A stretch of 64,000 bases of DNA from an uncultured virus (IMG/VR IMGVR_UViG_3300050010_000596) (taxonomy: Duplodnaviria; Heunggongvirae; Uroviricota; Caudoviricetes). The DNA lies in IMG/VR virus record IMGVR_UViG_3300050010_000596; one strand, written 5' to 3'. A model generated the notes under the pieces. That model worked only from the letters and a program-made list of their open reading frames with translations. It was not told the origin of the DNA and made no database searches. A program made the position numbers and the translations under genes. Positions 10,712 through 19,696 of the stretch are shown here, piece after piece; positions within the stretch are counted from its first letter, which is position 1, and each line of letters opens with the position of its first letter.

Positions 10712-11545
10712 CTAGTTCGTGATACTCCGCAGCACCTCGCCTACGGTTTCCACGACGATCCCGTCCGGGGTCGCTCGAATACGCAGGACCGTGTCGGCTG
10801 CTTCCTGGTGGCCGACAGTGATCTTGAAGTCGCCATCTACGTCTGGATAACAGACGACTCGGCGGCAACCGTCTTGAACAGTGATCTGTTGCAAGTAGGG
10901 TGAGGTGGCAAATACCCCGGTGCACAGACGACGCCGGAACAACGGGTCGCCTACGATGTCCACGTGGACGGTGTCGAGCACCTCGGGCCCACCCAAGATC
11001 CCTGACCGGTTGGTACTGCGATCCACGCGGGTCAAAGCGACCCCATCGCCACCGATCAGCCACACGTCGCCGGTGAAGAGGCTGCCGTCTGCCAGTAGGA
11101 TGCCGCGCACGCCAATCTCGGGGGTGGGGATGCAGCACGTTGCAGCAAACTCGGTTTCGTCCACGGTGAAGTTGTGTGACCCCACCGGCCACGACTGAAA
11201 CACAGCCAGACCAGTAGGAGTGCTGATGCCCAGCCCTGCGGGCCTACCGTAAGCATCCAGGAAGCGGACCTCGCTGGGTGGCGATAGTAGGGAAAATGAT
11301 GCCGAGGCCAACGAGTCGTTAGTATTATCACCGATCCACAACGTCACAGTCTGGTAGTCGATGACCACCGACGAGAGTCGCAGCTGCTCCTGTCCTCCAA
11401 TGGGGTAGAACGTGGCGTCGAGAAACAGGTCGGGCGGCAGCAGCATACTATCCGCGCTGACCAGGGTCGCCCGGTCCGCAAAGGGATACCGGCTCGGGCC
11501 CTGCTCGTCACGCCACTCGGGATGTAGGATGCGTTCCGTCGCCAT
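10712..11545 (-). CDS. Cys-rich tail/baseplate-associated protein (paralog family)
   Basis: WRDEQGPSRYPF; LFTGDVWLIGG; PDVDGDF. Confidence 0.65.
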   Translation of the reverse strand: MATERILHPEWRDEQGPSRYPFADRATLVSADSMLLPPDLFLDATFYPIGGQEQLRLSSVVIDYQTVTLWIGDNTNDSLASASFSLLSPPSEVRFLDAYGRPAGLGISTPTGLAVFQSWPVGSHNFTVDETEFAATCCIPTPEIGVRGILLADGSLFTGDVWLIGGDGVALTRVDRSTNRSGILGGPEVLDTVHVDIVGDPLFRRRLCTGVFATSPYLQQITVQDGCRRVVCYPDVDGDFKITVGHQEAADTVLRIRATPDGIVVETVGEVLRSITN

Positions 11546-11548
11546 TCG

Positions 11549-11562
11549 CTTAAACCTTTAAG
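11549..11562. promoter_or_regulatory. CTTAAA-NN-TTTAAG palindrome, copy 1
   Basis: cttaaacctttaag 3 nt upstream of the ATG at 11545. Confidence 0.7.
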
Positions 11563-11566
11563 ACCG

Positions 11567-12151
11567 TTAGTAGCAGATCGGCAGGTTACGGGTCGCGGCA
11601 TTCGCTTCCCGTTGAAAGACGGGGGCCTCGTCGTGGCTCACTGTTTCCACCTCCGTATCATTGCCTAGGGCCGTGTCCGGCAAGGCGGCCAGCTCGGGGG
11701 CCACTTCTGTGGACAGGGCCCAGCTGAAAGGCTCCAAGGCCGCTTGGAGCTGCTGCACCTGGTGCGGCGTGAACTTGCCCACCGGGATCAGTAGGGTCTT
11801 GGCCGAGTTGGCCAGCAACAGTTCTTGGGTGATCAGCCCGCAGTCGTAGATCAACCGCAGTACATCCTGCGGCAGAGAAATGAGAAACTTCTCCCACTCC
11901 GACTGCTCGCGGAGCGGCGGGGCGCTGGGCAGGTCGTCGAACTCGTGACCCATCGGATTCTCGTCGTAGGGTTCGGGTTCCGGGGTCTCATTGCTGACGG
12001 CTTCGGGCTGCGACGTTTCGATGTCGGCCGGGGCCAAGGCGTCGATCTCTTCCACCGGGGCCCCTGTGCTCCGCTTGGGACGGCGCTTCTTGCTGGGCTT
12101 CTTGGCGTCGGTCTGTTCCATGGGAAATTTGTCGAGGATGTCATCAGGCAT
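11567..12151 (-). CDS. Acidic protein with a possible RNAP alpha-CTD/HhH-like domain
   Basis: 194-aa ORF; central LPQDVLRLIYDCGLITQELLLANSAKTLLIP pattern. Confidence 0.55.
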   Translation of the reverse strand: MPDDILDKFPMEQTDAKKPSKKRRPKRSTGAPVEEIDALAPADIETSQPEAVSNETPEPEPYDENPMGHEFDDLPSAPPLREQSEWEKFLISLPQDVLRLIYDCGLITQELLLANSAKTLLIPVGKFTPHQVQQLQAALEPFSWALSTEVAPELAALPDTALGNDTEVETVSHDEAPVFQREANAATRNLPICY

Positions 12152-12167
12152 GAGCTAATTCCTTATG

Positions 12168-13970
12168 CTAGCGAGTTTCTACGCCAAACCAGAAGAAGTT
12201 GGCGCGGGACTGCTTTGTGTGCAGCCCACTATAAGTCGTCCCATCATCTGCGCCTACATCAGCAACGGCGATGGGACCGAGGATACGCATCGAGTCGTCT
12301 AGGGTTCCTACCCCGTTTAGTTCGGCAATCACCCACACATCGTCTTCGCCGTGCGGATAGATGATCAGCGAGACCCGATACAGAAGGCCTAAAGAGAGGT
12401 TCGGGACCGGGATGGAGGCTAGCGTAAACCAGCTGCTGCCGTTGAAGCGGGCGATGCGGAAGAGCTTCTCTCCTTCGCGGAACGCATCCCAATCGATCTC
12501 GGCCGCCAAGGCGGTGTACTCGCTGGAGTCTGGGGAGGCAAAGCGAATGGCGGACAATAAGGCGGCGTTGTGTGCTGAACCCACGGTCCCCTGATCTACA
12601 CTGAGGATCGCGGAAACTTTGCGGTGTTTGAAGTGGGCAGTGTCGGGTTCCTGGCAAACGGCGAGGTTGGTGCCCGCGGCACTGTCGGCGAAGTGCGTGG
12701 AGTAAGCGTGGCCTACGGTGGACATTACAGTCGGGGCCAGAGCGAAGTAACCAATTAGCGCTTGCCAGGCATCGGCTGTGAGGAACGAGTCATCGTAGAT
12801 CAGGTTGTGCTCGCCAATGGTCGTGATCCGTTCTACGATGCTGACTTCGCCCTCGGACGTGTTCTCGGAAAAGCTGATCGATAGGGAAATTTCCGGTACG
12901 TCGTCAATCGAGTCGAAGCTGAAGCTGAAGCTCCAGGCAGGCGTGTAGAGGGTCTCGCTCAAGGAGATCGCGGGTAATACCGAGAGGCTGCTGCACAGGT
13001 CGTCGTACTGATTGGGGAGCTTGCCGTGTTCATCGGGCAGATAGTCGGCCGTGACGCAGGACTGGAGCATACCCAGTCCGCAGTCGATGACCACGCCGTT
13101 GTCGGTTGGAACGACTGTCTGCGAACCGTCTGGGTTGATCGTTGCCGAGGCGGTGATGGCGCTCACCGTGGCACAGCCCCGGAACTTGATGGTGATGTTG
13201 CCACAGCAGTCGGGCTGTACCGGGCCTAAGAACTCAATCGGCGGCGGATCGCCGCAGGTCTCGCTCTCGGGAGTGTTGAGGCAAGGGCTGGCATAGACTG
13301 CGAAGACGTTCCGAGCCTGGGCGCTGTTGGTGCTGGTGTTCTTCAGCCGGATGACAATGCACGGCCGTCCGGGGGTGTTGTGTAGCAGGTCTTCGCAGGT
13401 TTCCCAGGCATTGGCCGGATAACCAGGAATCGTGCGGCACTCACCCACGATCTCGATGTCGTTGCCACCGAGCAACATGATCAATCCAGTGAGCGCTGGA
13501 TCTTGGTTGAGGTTGCCCAGGTCGGTCACCGGCAGGGGGTCGTAAGCCTTTGCCGCCCGAGGCGTGAAGAAGCTCTGCTGGGCGGTGGAGAAGCGGGCAG
13601 AGAACCGTTGCACGTCTTCTACACCGTGTCCAAATACGATCCAGCCGCCGACGCCAGGATAGAGGGCTTCCACCGGGTACTGCCGCCACGCATCAACCGG
13701 GCCAGGAATGCTGACTGAAGCCAGCGGGATCGGCCGGGGATCGGTCAGCGACTGGGCTCCGAGGATGACCACGGTGACGATCTGGCTGGTGACCGTGATC
13801 GCTCCCAGGTAGGCGTAGTTGGCGGCAGTGCTAGGGAACTTCAGGTACAGGTCCGCCAGGAAGTGGCTGGGGAGCCGCCGACCGTCATCGGCTACACAAG
13901 TAGCCACCGCGTCGAGAGGGTAATCTCTCGCGGAGTTCAGGTCGTACCAGTTCATGTTTCTCACAGCCAT
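12168..13970 (-). CDS. Cys-rich tail protein (paralog family) with a C-terminal beta-rich, possibly lectin-like domain
   Basis: WYDLNSARDYPL; LTGLIMLLGG; PDCCGNI. Confidence 0.65.
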   Translation of the reverse strand: MAVRNMNWYDLNSARDYPLDAVATCVADDGRRLPSHFLADLYLKFPSTAANYAYLGAITVTSQIVTVVILGAQSLTDPRPIPLASVSIPGPVDAWRQYPVEALYPGVGGWIVFGHGVEDVQRFSARFSTAQQSFFTPRAAKAYDPLPVTDLGNLNQDPALTGLIMLLGGNDIEIVGECRTIPGYPANAWETCEDLLHNTPGRPCIVIRLKNTSTNSAQARNVFAVYASPCLNTPESETCGDPPPIEFLGPVQPDCCGNITIKFRGCATVSAITASATINPDGSQTVVPTDNGVVIDCGLGMLQSCVTADYLPDEHGKLPNQYDDLCSSLSVLPAISLSETLYTPAWSFSFSFDSIDDVPEISLSISFSENTSEGEVSIVERITTIGEHNLIYDDSFLTADAWQALIGYFALAPTVMSTVGHAYSTHFADSAAGTNLAVCQEPDTAHFKHRKVSAILSVDQGTVGSAHNAALLSAIRFASPDSSEYTALAAEIDWDAFREGEKLFRIARFNGSSWFTLASIPVPNLSLGLLYRVSLIIYPHGEDDVWVIAELNGVGTLDDSMRILGPIAVADVGADDGTTYSGLHTKQSRANFFWFGVETR

Positions 13971-13971
13971 G

Positions 13972-15630
13972 CTAACCGTCCTCGCCGGTATATTGGGCAG
14001 GCGTGTCGGGGTCCCCGGACAAGCAGCAACCCGTTTCGGTGTTGGCCACGATCAGCCCGCTTTGGGCTATCACGACGCTGGAAACGATCCGCGCAGCCAA
14101 GGCGGCCGGGGTGCTGGGGTCTTGCCCCAGTGCGTGGCCTGGCACAGGCGATAGGCCGGGGGAGACCGGGCCAGGGTGGGCCACGGTGTAAGCGTCACCC
14201 ACGGCAATAATGTTCCATGCGGTAGTCGCACTCTTAAAGTGGAAGCGGGCCGTAATGGACGCCAGGGCACCGGGGTCCACGGCGTCGAAGTAGGCCCAAT
14301 AGTTGGGCCATTGGCCACCCAGGGCGTATTGTTCCAGGCGGGACGCGGTGCGCCAGCTGGTGCCCGCCTTGGTGGCTCCCTGGACGTTGCCATTACGGTA
14401 GGTGCTGCCGCAAGTGATCTGCGACTGGGCAGTGTTTTCGGTGGGCCCTGTGCTACTCAAGCTGCCGTTGCCGCCTTGGTATTGGAAGCTGAGCATCAAG
14501 TAAAGATTCTTGATACACGCGCCGGTGTTGTTGCAGTAGCCAATGGCCACATCCAGGCCGTTGGGGCATTGCGGAATGAGCTGCACCCGCAATGAGTCAG
14601 CCTTGCGGCAAGCTGCCTGATCCATGAACCGTTGGCGGTTCTTGAGATAGGTGTCGCGGGCCGTCTGGGCACGGGCTATCAACGCCGCGTAGGTGTTCCG
14701 CAATACACGGAGCGCCTCGTAGACGTTGAGGAAGTCCTGGCATGAACAACAAGGGCCACAGTCGTTGAAGCACTGGAGGGCGTGGTCCTGGATCAACACC
14801 TCACGGGGGTTCTCCTGGAGTATCGCTAGCACCGGCCGTTCCACGCGGTAGCAGTCGGTGGCGTCCCAGATGAAGTTCCCCGAGGCTGTGGGACCTCGCC
14901 CGTTGATGGTCTTGATACCGACGTAGGCGGGTGGGCCGGGATCATAAAGCCCCTGGCCTTCGCCGGGCAACATCTCAAAGGCCACATTGGTTACCAGTCG
15001 CGTGCCGTCCGCAGGCGTGGGGGCGGCGACGGTGATGCTGGTGTTGTAGCCGCTCTGGAAGACCACCCCGGTGCCCCGGATCTCGGTAAGGCCTACCCGC
15101 AGCGAGCGGAGTTGCAAGGGGAGCTGGATGCAGGCTCGGTCGTCTAGGGTCCCATCGCGAGGCTGACAAGGCGAGGGCAGAACCACTACGGGATCGTCCG
15201 GGTGCTGCGACCAGTATTCCACCGCACGCAGTACATCGTCCGCCTGGAGCCATTCGTGGATTAACAGACGAGGACCCCAGGGATGGCCCTGGTAGGCGGT
15301 ATCCTCAGCCAGGGTATCGAACACGACTTCGCCATTGGCATCTACGATACGTAGTTGCCGGTCAGTGGTGGTCGAGCCGAAGCCCGAGAGCTGTTGCACC
15401 GAGAAGGGTCGCGGATGTACATTCTGATCGTCGCGGTAGGTCAGGTGCAAGTCGCCAATGACTTGCTCGATCTGATCGGACGGGGAGCAGAACGGGTAGT
15501 TGACGCCACCTTGTGGCTGGTCCACGGCAATCTGCCGCCGCCTGGTGTTAGCAAGCGGCGGCAGCAGCACCATTGAAAGCGTGAGAGGCCTCGACGGACC
15601 TTGAGGCGATGGAAAAATCGACTTCTGCAT
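13972..15630 (-). CDS. Cys-rich tail protein (paralog family) with coiled coil
   Basis: VNYPF; KTINGRGPTASGNF; NDCGPCCSC followed by a helical segment. Confidence 0.65.
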   Translation of the reverse strand: MQKSIFPSPQGPSRPLTLSMVLLPPLANTRRRQIAVDQPQGGVNYPFCSPSDQIEQVIGDLHLTYRDDQNVHPRPFSVQQLSGFGSTTTDRQLRIVDANGEVVFDTLAEDTAYQGHPWGPRLLIHEWLQADDVLRAVEYWSQHPDDPVVVLPSPCQPRDGTLDDRACIQLPLQLRSLRVGLTEIRGTGVVFQSGYNTSITVAAPTPADGTRLVTNVAFEMLPGEGQGLYDPGPPAYVGIKTINGRGPTASGNFIWDATDCYRVERPVLAILQENPREVLIQDHALQCFNDCGPCCSCQDFLNVYEALRVLRNTYAALIARAQTARDTYLKNRQRFMDQAACRKADSLRVQLIPQCPNGLDVAIGYCNNTGACIKNLYLMLSFQYQGGNGSLSSTGPTENTAQSQITCGSTYRNGNVQGATKAGTSWRTASRLEQYALGGQWPNYWAYFDAVDPGALASITARFHFKSATTAWNIIAVGDAYTVAHPGPVSPGLSPVPGHALGQDPSTPAALAARIVSSVVIAQSGLIVANTETGCCLSGDPDTPAQYTGEDG

Positions 15631-15682
15631 ACTGCGCCATCCTTGGCCTCCCGTGTACTCCGTTACTTGGCTCGCAGACCGA

Positions 15683-16051
15683 CTAGGCGGCCGGGGCGGG
15701 GGCCGGAGCGGGAACTGCGGTGACCGTCGCTGCGCCTGTCGTGGGGTCGTAGCTCACCGTGTACGTGCTGGGGATGGCTGTGCACTTCGCGTTGACACTG
15801 CCCGGCTTGACCAGGTTGAGGTAGGCGATGGTTTCCGCGTGGGCCTGGAAGACGGCGGCCGTGTTGGTGCCAGCGAGCAGGGCCTCCGACTGGATGATGT
15901 CGCACGCCTGTTGCGGTGTCAGGTGATCCGGGTTGGCCCAGACGAAGGCCCAGCCCTGGGTCGCGACGTCAGCTTGGGCCGTGAGCAGGTTGAGCGACCG
16001 CGTCATCAAGGCCGTGTATTTGGTGCGAGGAGTCTGATCGAAAACACCCAT
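15683..16051 (-). CDS. Hypothetical protein
   Basis: 122-aa ORF, GGAG SD, PA-rich tail. Confidence 0.65.
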   Translation of the reverse strand: MGVFDQTPRTKYTALMTRSLNLLTAQADVATQGWAFVWANPDHLTPQQACDIIQSEALLAGTNTAAVFQAHAETIAYLNLVKPGSVNAKCTAIPSTYTVSYDPTTGAATVTAVPAPAPAPAA

Positions 16052-16148
16052 TGCAATGCTCCGTTAAAGAAGAACTAAATGCGGTTTCACTGTGTGACGA
16101 AATGCACGCTTATCAGCTTACCTTGTTTCGCTTTTGCGGCCAAGAGCA

Positions 16149-17129
16149 CTAGGACCCGCCCACCTGGTTGGACTGACACTGGATGCAGCCTCGGTCGCCC
16201 AAGGTGCTGCCCAACACCACCTGGTCCATCTGCGTAACGCGGGCCTCTAGGCTTACCAGGAAGTTTTCCAAGGTCGTGGCTTGTGCGCCGAACTGGGCCA
16301 GGGCCTGGGTCACGGTCTCCAACTCGGTACAGCCACAGCAGGGTTGCGAGCAGGAGTCTACCAGCTGAATGCCGTTGGTGATCGGTTGCACCGTCAAGCA
16401 GTCGCTGCCCAGCACAGTAAAGTCGCCATCCGGGGTGGGACCGATCTGGTCGATGGTCTGAATACAGCTACCCAGTGAGTTATCTACACAGATGCAGTTG
16501 TTGTTCAGTCCGGCACCGTCGATGGCGTCGAACACGATTACCGCGTCCATGCCTTCTTCCAGAATCGCCGTGATGCGTGTATTGGACCCCGCTTGCAGGA
16601 TTACGTCGCCGTAGATCGGGGCGCTCATGTTGCTGCCATTCTGGATGATCAATCGGGAGACGTTGCGGATGTTGGGAAACAAGGCGTCTTGTTCCAACCG
16701 CGTCGAGGCGAAGGCGAACTCCCATTGGCCGGGCGGCTGGTTGTCAATCGAATCTAGCGTGCCGATGACCACGTGCCCTACGGCGTCTGCGAAGTCACCG
16801 ACACCGCCCAGCCGGTATTGCTGGTTACGCTTGGTCTGGGCAGCGCGGGCAATCATTGCCGAGGCCACCGGCAAGACGGTGGAACCGTCGCTGGTGGCGT
16901 AGCCGACGACGATGCTGTAACCCGAGGCGTAGGAAGCGACGGTCTTGATATAGAACTGGCCCGGCGAGACGTTCAGTCCCGCACTGATCGACAGCGACAG
17001 CTCGACGATGAAATCGGTGGGGATCTTGAAGGTCCCGGTGATGTCGGTCTGGTTGCCGTCATCAGCCAGCGGATAAATCCGCTGGCTGTTGTGATTCAAC
17101 CACTCTAATTGTCTGACTTCTACGGCCAT
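16149..17129 (-). CDS. Cys-rich tail protein (paralog family) with coiled coil
   Basis: WLNHNSQRIYPL; IYGDVILQAG; PTPDGDF; DSCSQPCCGC plus coiled coil. Confidence 0.65.
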   Translation of the reverse strand: MAVEVRQLEWLNHNSQRIYPLADDGNQTDITGTFKIPTDFIVELSLSISAGLNVSPGQFYIKTVASYASGYSIVVGYATSDGSTVLPVASAMIARAAQTKRNQQYRLGGVGDFADAVGHVVIGTLDSIDNQPPGQWEFAFASTRLEQDALFPNIRNVSRLIIQNGSNMSAPIYGDVILQAGSNTRITAILEEGMDAVIVFDAIDGAGLNNNCICVDNSLGSCIQTIDQIGPTPDGDFTVLGSDCLTVQPITNGIQLVDSCSQPCCGCTELETVTQALAQFGAQATTLENFLVSLEARVTQMDQVVLGSTLGDRGCIQCQSNQVGGS

Positions 17130-17132
17130 CGA

Positions 17133-17146
17133 CTTAATCCTTTAAG
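17133..17146. promoter_or_regulatory. CTTAAA-NN-TTTAAG palindrome, copy 2 (one mismatch)
   Basis: gacttaatcctttaagtc; contains the AAAGGA SD of the ATG at 17129. Confidence 0.7.
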
Positions 17147-17149
17147 TCT

Positions 17150-18982
17150 TCAGTTCCCAGGGACGATCAGTACACCGTACTTGCGGATGACGTCCAGCTC
17201 TCCGTCGTACACGTCGGTGGAGCTGCGGGTAATCGAGAACATCACGGTATCGCCACTGGCCACGTCGAACGGCTCGGTCTCCATGAGCACATACTGGTCG
17301 GTATCCACTGTCACCGCCGTATCCAAGGTGAGATCTGTGTCAGTCAACGGCAGGTCTAATGGCGTCAGCGTGGCAGACGGCATGGGAATGCTGCGGTACG
17401 TCGCCGAGAAGACTGCGTCGGGGATCGCACCAGCCGTACGGGCCAGGACCCAGAACTGGAGCTTCATCTGCGTACCCACAGGCAGCGTGGGCCAAGCCCG
17501 TACACCGATGCGTCCGTAGAAAGTGGAGTCTTTACCGTAGTCGAAGCCTAGACCGATCACATCGTAGGGAAAGACTTCATAGGCTCCCGCTAACCGCACT
17601 GTCTCCACCGGCAGCTCCAACCCGTTGAGTGAATCCTGTACGCTGATCGTCAGCTGCCCGGCTTGGAAGCCTTCGTCATCGGCAATGCTCTGATTGGGCA
17701 CGCCGGTGATGGTGACGTTCGAGGTGCCTGCCTGGATCTTTTCTACCACCGGGCCCAGGTTGAACTGCTTGCCAGTGATGGTTTTCATCGCCAGCCAGCC
17801 AGGAATGTTGGTGGCCCCGATTAGCAGCTGGAGGTCGAAGTCGATGTCTAGGTTGCCGACGTTGGCAGGCGTGTCGGTGCCTGTGCAGTACGTGGTCAGA
17901 CCACTGCCTGCACGCGGCGTCAGGCTCAGCACACAGGATTGGTTGTTGGCGAAGATTGGCCGGGTGAACCACAACGTCAACATCATGTACGTGTCGCGGG
18001 GACATTCGTGGTGGGCGATGGATTCGCTCATTGGCGTATCAGTGGTCAAGCCCATCGGCCATGGCACATCGTCTTGGCAATCGCTGAGCCACCAGATACC
18101 GGTGCTGTTGATGACCGCCAGCTCGGTATCGCCCAGCGGCACACCCATCCCTAGCAAGTCTGTGGATTCGCCCTTGTTCCACTCCAGGTAGGCCCCGTCT
18201 ACCGGGATCGGCGGCCAGAGGTTGATCAGCTTGGAGGCTGCGATGTTGTAGCCGAAACGGGCTCCACGGGGAATGGCTGCGTCGGGAAAGAACTCGGGCG
18301 TAGCGGGCAGCCAGCCCTCGACCGTGGGGTCGGGATTGAGGACACCCTGCCGCAGCCGGTCCGCATCTTCGTATGTAGTGGGCGTACCTGCGGGGCAGCA
18401 CAGCAGCGGCACCTTGTAGTGTCGGTGACCTTCCAGCATGTCGCGGAGGTTGGTGTTCACGAACACCGTGGTGGTTCCTGACAGTATGCCGGGACCGGCC
18501 AGCAGGGCAACCGGGATCGAGACAGGCGGTTGCTGGGACACCAAGAAGCCTGGTTGCACTCCCGAGAGAAAGTACATGCCAGGGTTTGGTGAACCGACAA
18601 TCGCCGCCGACATATCGATCTCGGCCACGCCGTGCAGAAGAATATCCCCCTTGTCGGCTGCCAGCTTCCGCTTGACGATGCCCCAGGTAAAGGTCGAGGG
18701 GGCCATCAAGAGCGTGCCTGTGAGCGGGTCGTTGAAGGTCGTCGCCAAGGCCTGCTCGTATCGCTGGGATAGCGGATTGTAGTACACCGCTTGGCCGATG
18801 TTGGCTTCGGGGTCGATAGTCCGGTCGCGCGCGACCAGGGTCTGCCCGGCGAAGGCCTCTTCCAGAATCTCTTTCAGGTAGTCGATGTTGCCCTGAAGGG
18901 CGCTGGGAGCCCGGTTAGTGACCCCAGCGGTCACCAGTTCGCCATCGACGATCATCTTGATCAGAGTTTGGTAACCGGACAT
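17150..18982 (-). CDS. Baseplate/tail-fibre attachment-type structural protein
   Basis: 610 aa; N-terminal DGELVTAGVTNRAPSALQGNIDYLK resembles tail-fibre N-termini; synteny. Confidence 0.6.
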   Translation of the reverse strand: MSGYQTLIKMIVDGELVTAGVTNRAPSALQGNIDYLKEILEEAFAGQTLVARDRTIDPEANIGQAVYYNPLSQRYEQALATTFNDPLTGTLLMAPSTFTWGIVKRKLAADKGDILLHGVAEIDMSAAIVGSPNPGMYFLSGVQPGFLVSQQPPVSIPVALLAGPGILSGTTTVFVNTNLRDMLEGHRHYKVPLLCCPAGTPTTYEDADRLRQGVLNPDPTVEGWLPATPEFFPDAAIPRGARFGYNIAASKLINLWPPIPVDGAYLEWNKGESTDLLGMGVPLGDTELAVINSTGIWWLSDCQDDVPWPMGLTTDTPMSESIAHHECPRDTYMMLTLWFTRPIFANNQSCVLSLTPRAGSGLTTYCTGTDTPANVGNLDIDFDLQLLIGATNIPGWLAMKTITGKQFNLGPVVEKIQAGTSNVTITGVPNQSIADDEGFQAGQLTISVQDSLNGLELPVETVRLAGAYEVFPYDVIGLGFDYGKDSTFYGRIGVRAWPTLPVGTQMKLQFWVLARTAGAIPDAVFSATYRSIPMPSATLTPLDLPLTDTDLTLDTAVTVDTDQYVLMETEPFDVASGDTVMFSITRSSTDVYDGELDVIRKYGVLIVPGN

Positions 18983-18998
18983 CCGTGTCCTCCTGCGG

Positions 18999-19685
18999 TT
19001 AAGCGAACTGGATCGGCCACTTCAGGCCGACTTGGCTTCCGACCAGTTTCGAGAGTTGTTTTACGGGATCGTCGAAGTAGAACCGGCTGAAGATCCGGTC
19101 CTGGGTCGCGTCGGAGAACTTGGGGGTAACAATCAAGGCCCCACCGTAGATCCGGCTTTGCATGCTGTCCGAGAAGATCCGGTTGGGATCACTGTAGACC
19201 GGAGCCGAGCTGTCTGTCTGGGCAAAGCAGGTAACCTTATTGCCGTTGGGGAACTTGACGGAGTCGGTGCTCTCCATGATCACGGCCGTCAGCGGCACCC
19301 GAAGGTAGTTGCGGGTGGCGCTGGTGAGCAGGCTGTCGTAGTAGGCCCGGCCCACGGTCGGATCGGTGTTGCTCGGCGGCGAAACTTCCACCCCGCCATT
19401 GTTCTCGTACTCGATATACATTGCCGCCAGGTTGTAAGGCCGCTTGTCGGGGGCTCCTCGCAACAGCTCACAGAGGATGCCTGCGTATTCGTCCAGAATC
19501 AGATTGGAGGTGAAGCTGCCGGTGGGGACCCAGTCACCAGGGAGATTGAGTCGGTGCTGCTTGCCACCCAGGTCATAGAGGTAGGCCGAATTCCTGCGAG
19601 GGCCGAACTCCGCGGGCTCGCCTGCGGGGAAAACGCGAAATGGGTGTACACAGCCAAACAGTTTGTCGCGAGAGAGGGAGTCCAT
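18999..19685 (-). CDS. Putative baseplate protein
   Basis: 228 aa; C-terminal RIFSRFYF...KWPIQF pattern; synteny. Confidence 0.55.
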   Translation of the reverse strand: MDSLSRDKLFGCVHPFRVFPAGEPAEFGPRRNSAYLYDLGGKQHRLNLPGDWVPTGSFTSNLILDEYAGILCELLRGAPDKRPYNLAAMYIEYENNGGVEVSPPSNTDPTVGRAYYDSLLTSATRNYLRVPLTAVIMESTDSVKFPNGNKVTCFAQTDSSAPVYSDPNRIFSDSMQSRIYGGALIVTPKFSDATQDRIFSRFYFDDPVKQLSKLVGSQVGLKWPIQFA

Positions 19686-19696
19686 TCCTGAGATCC

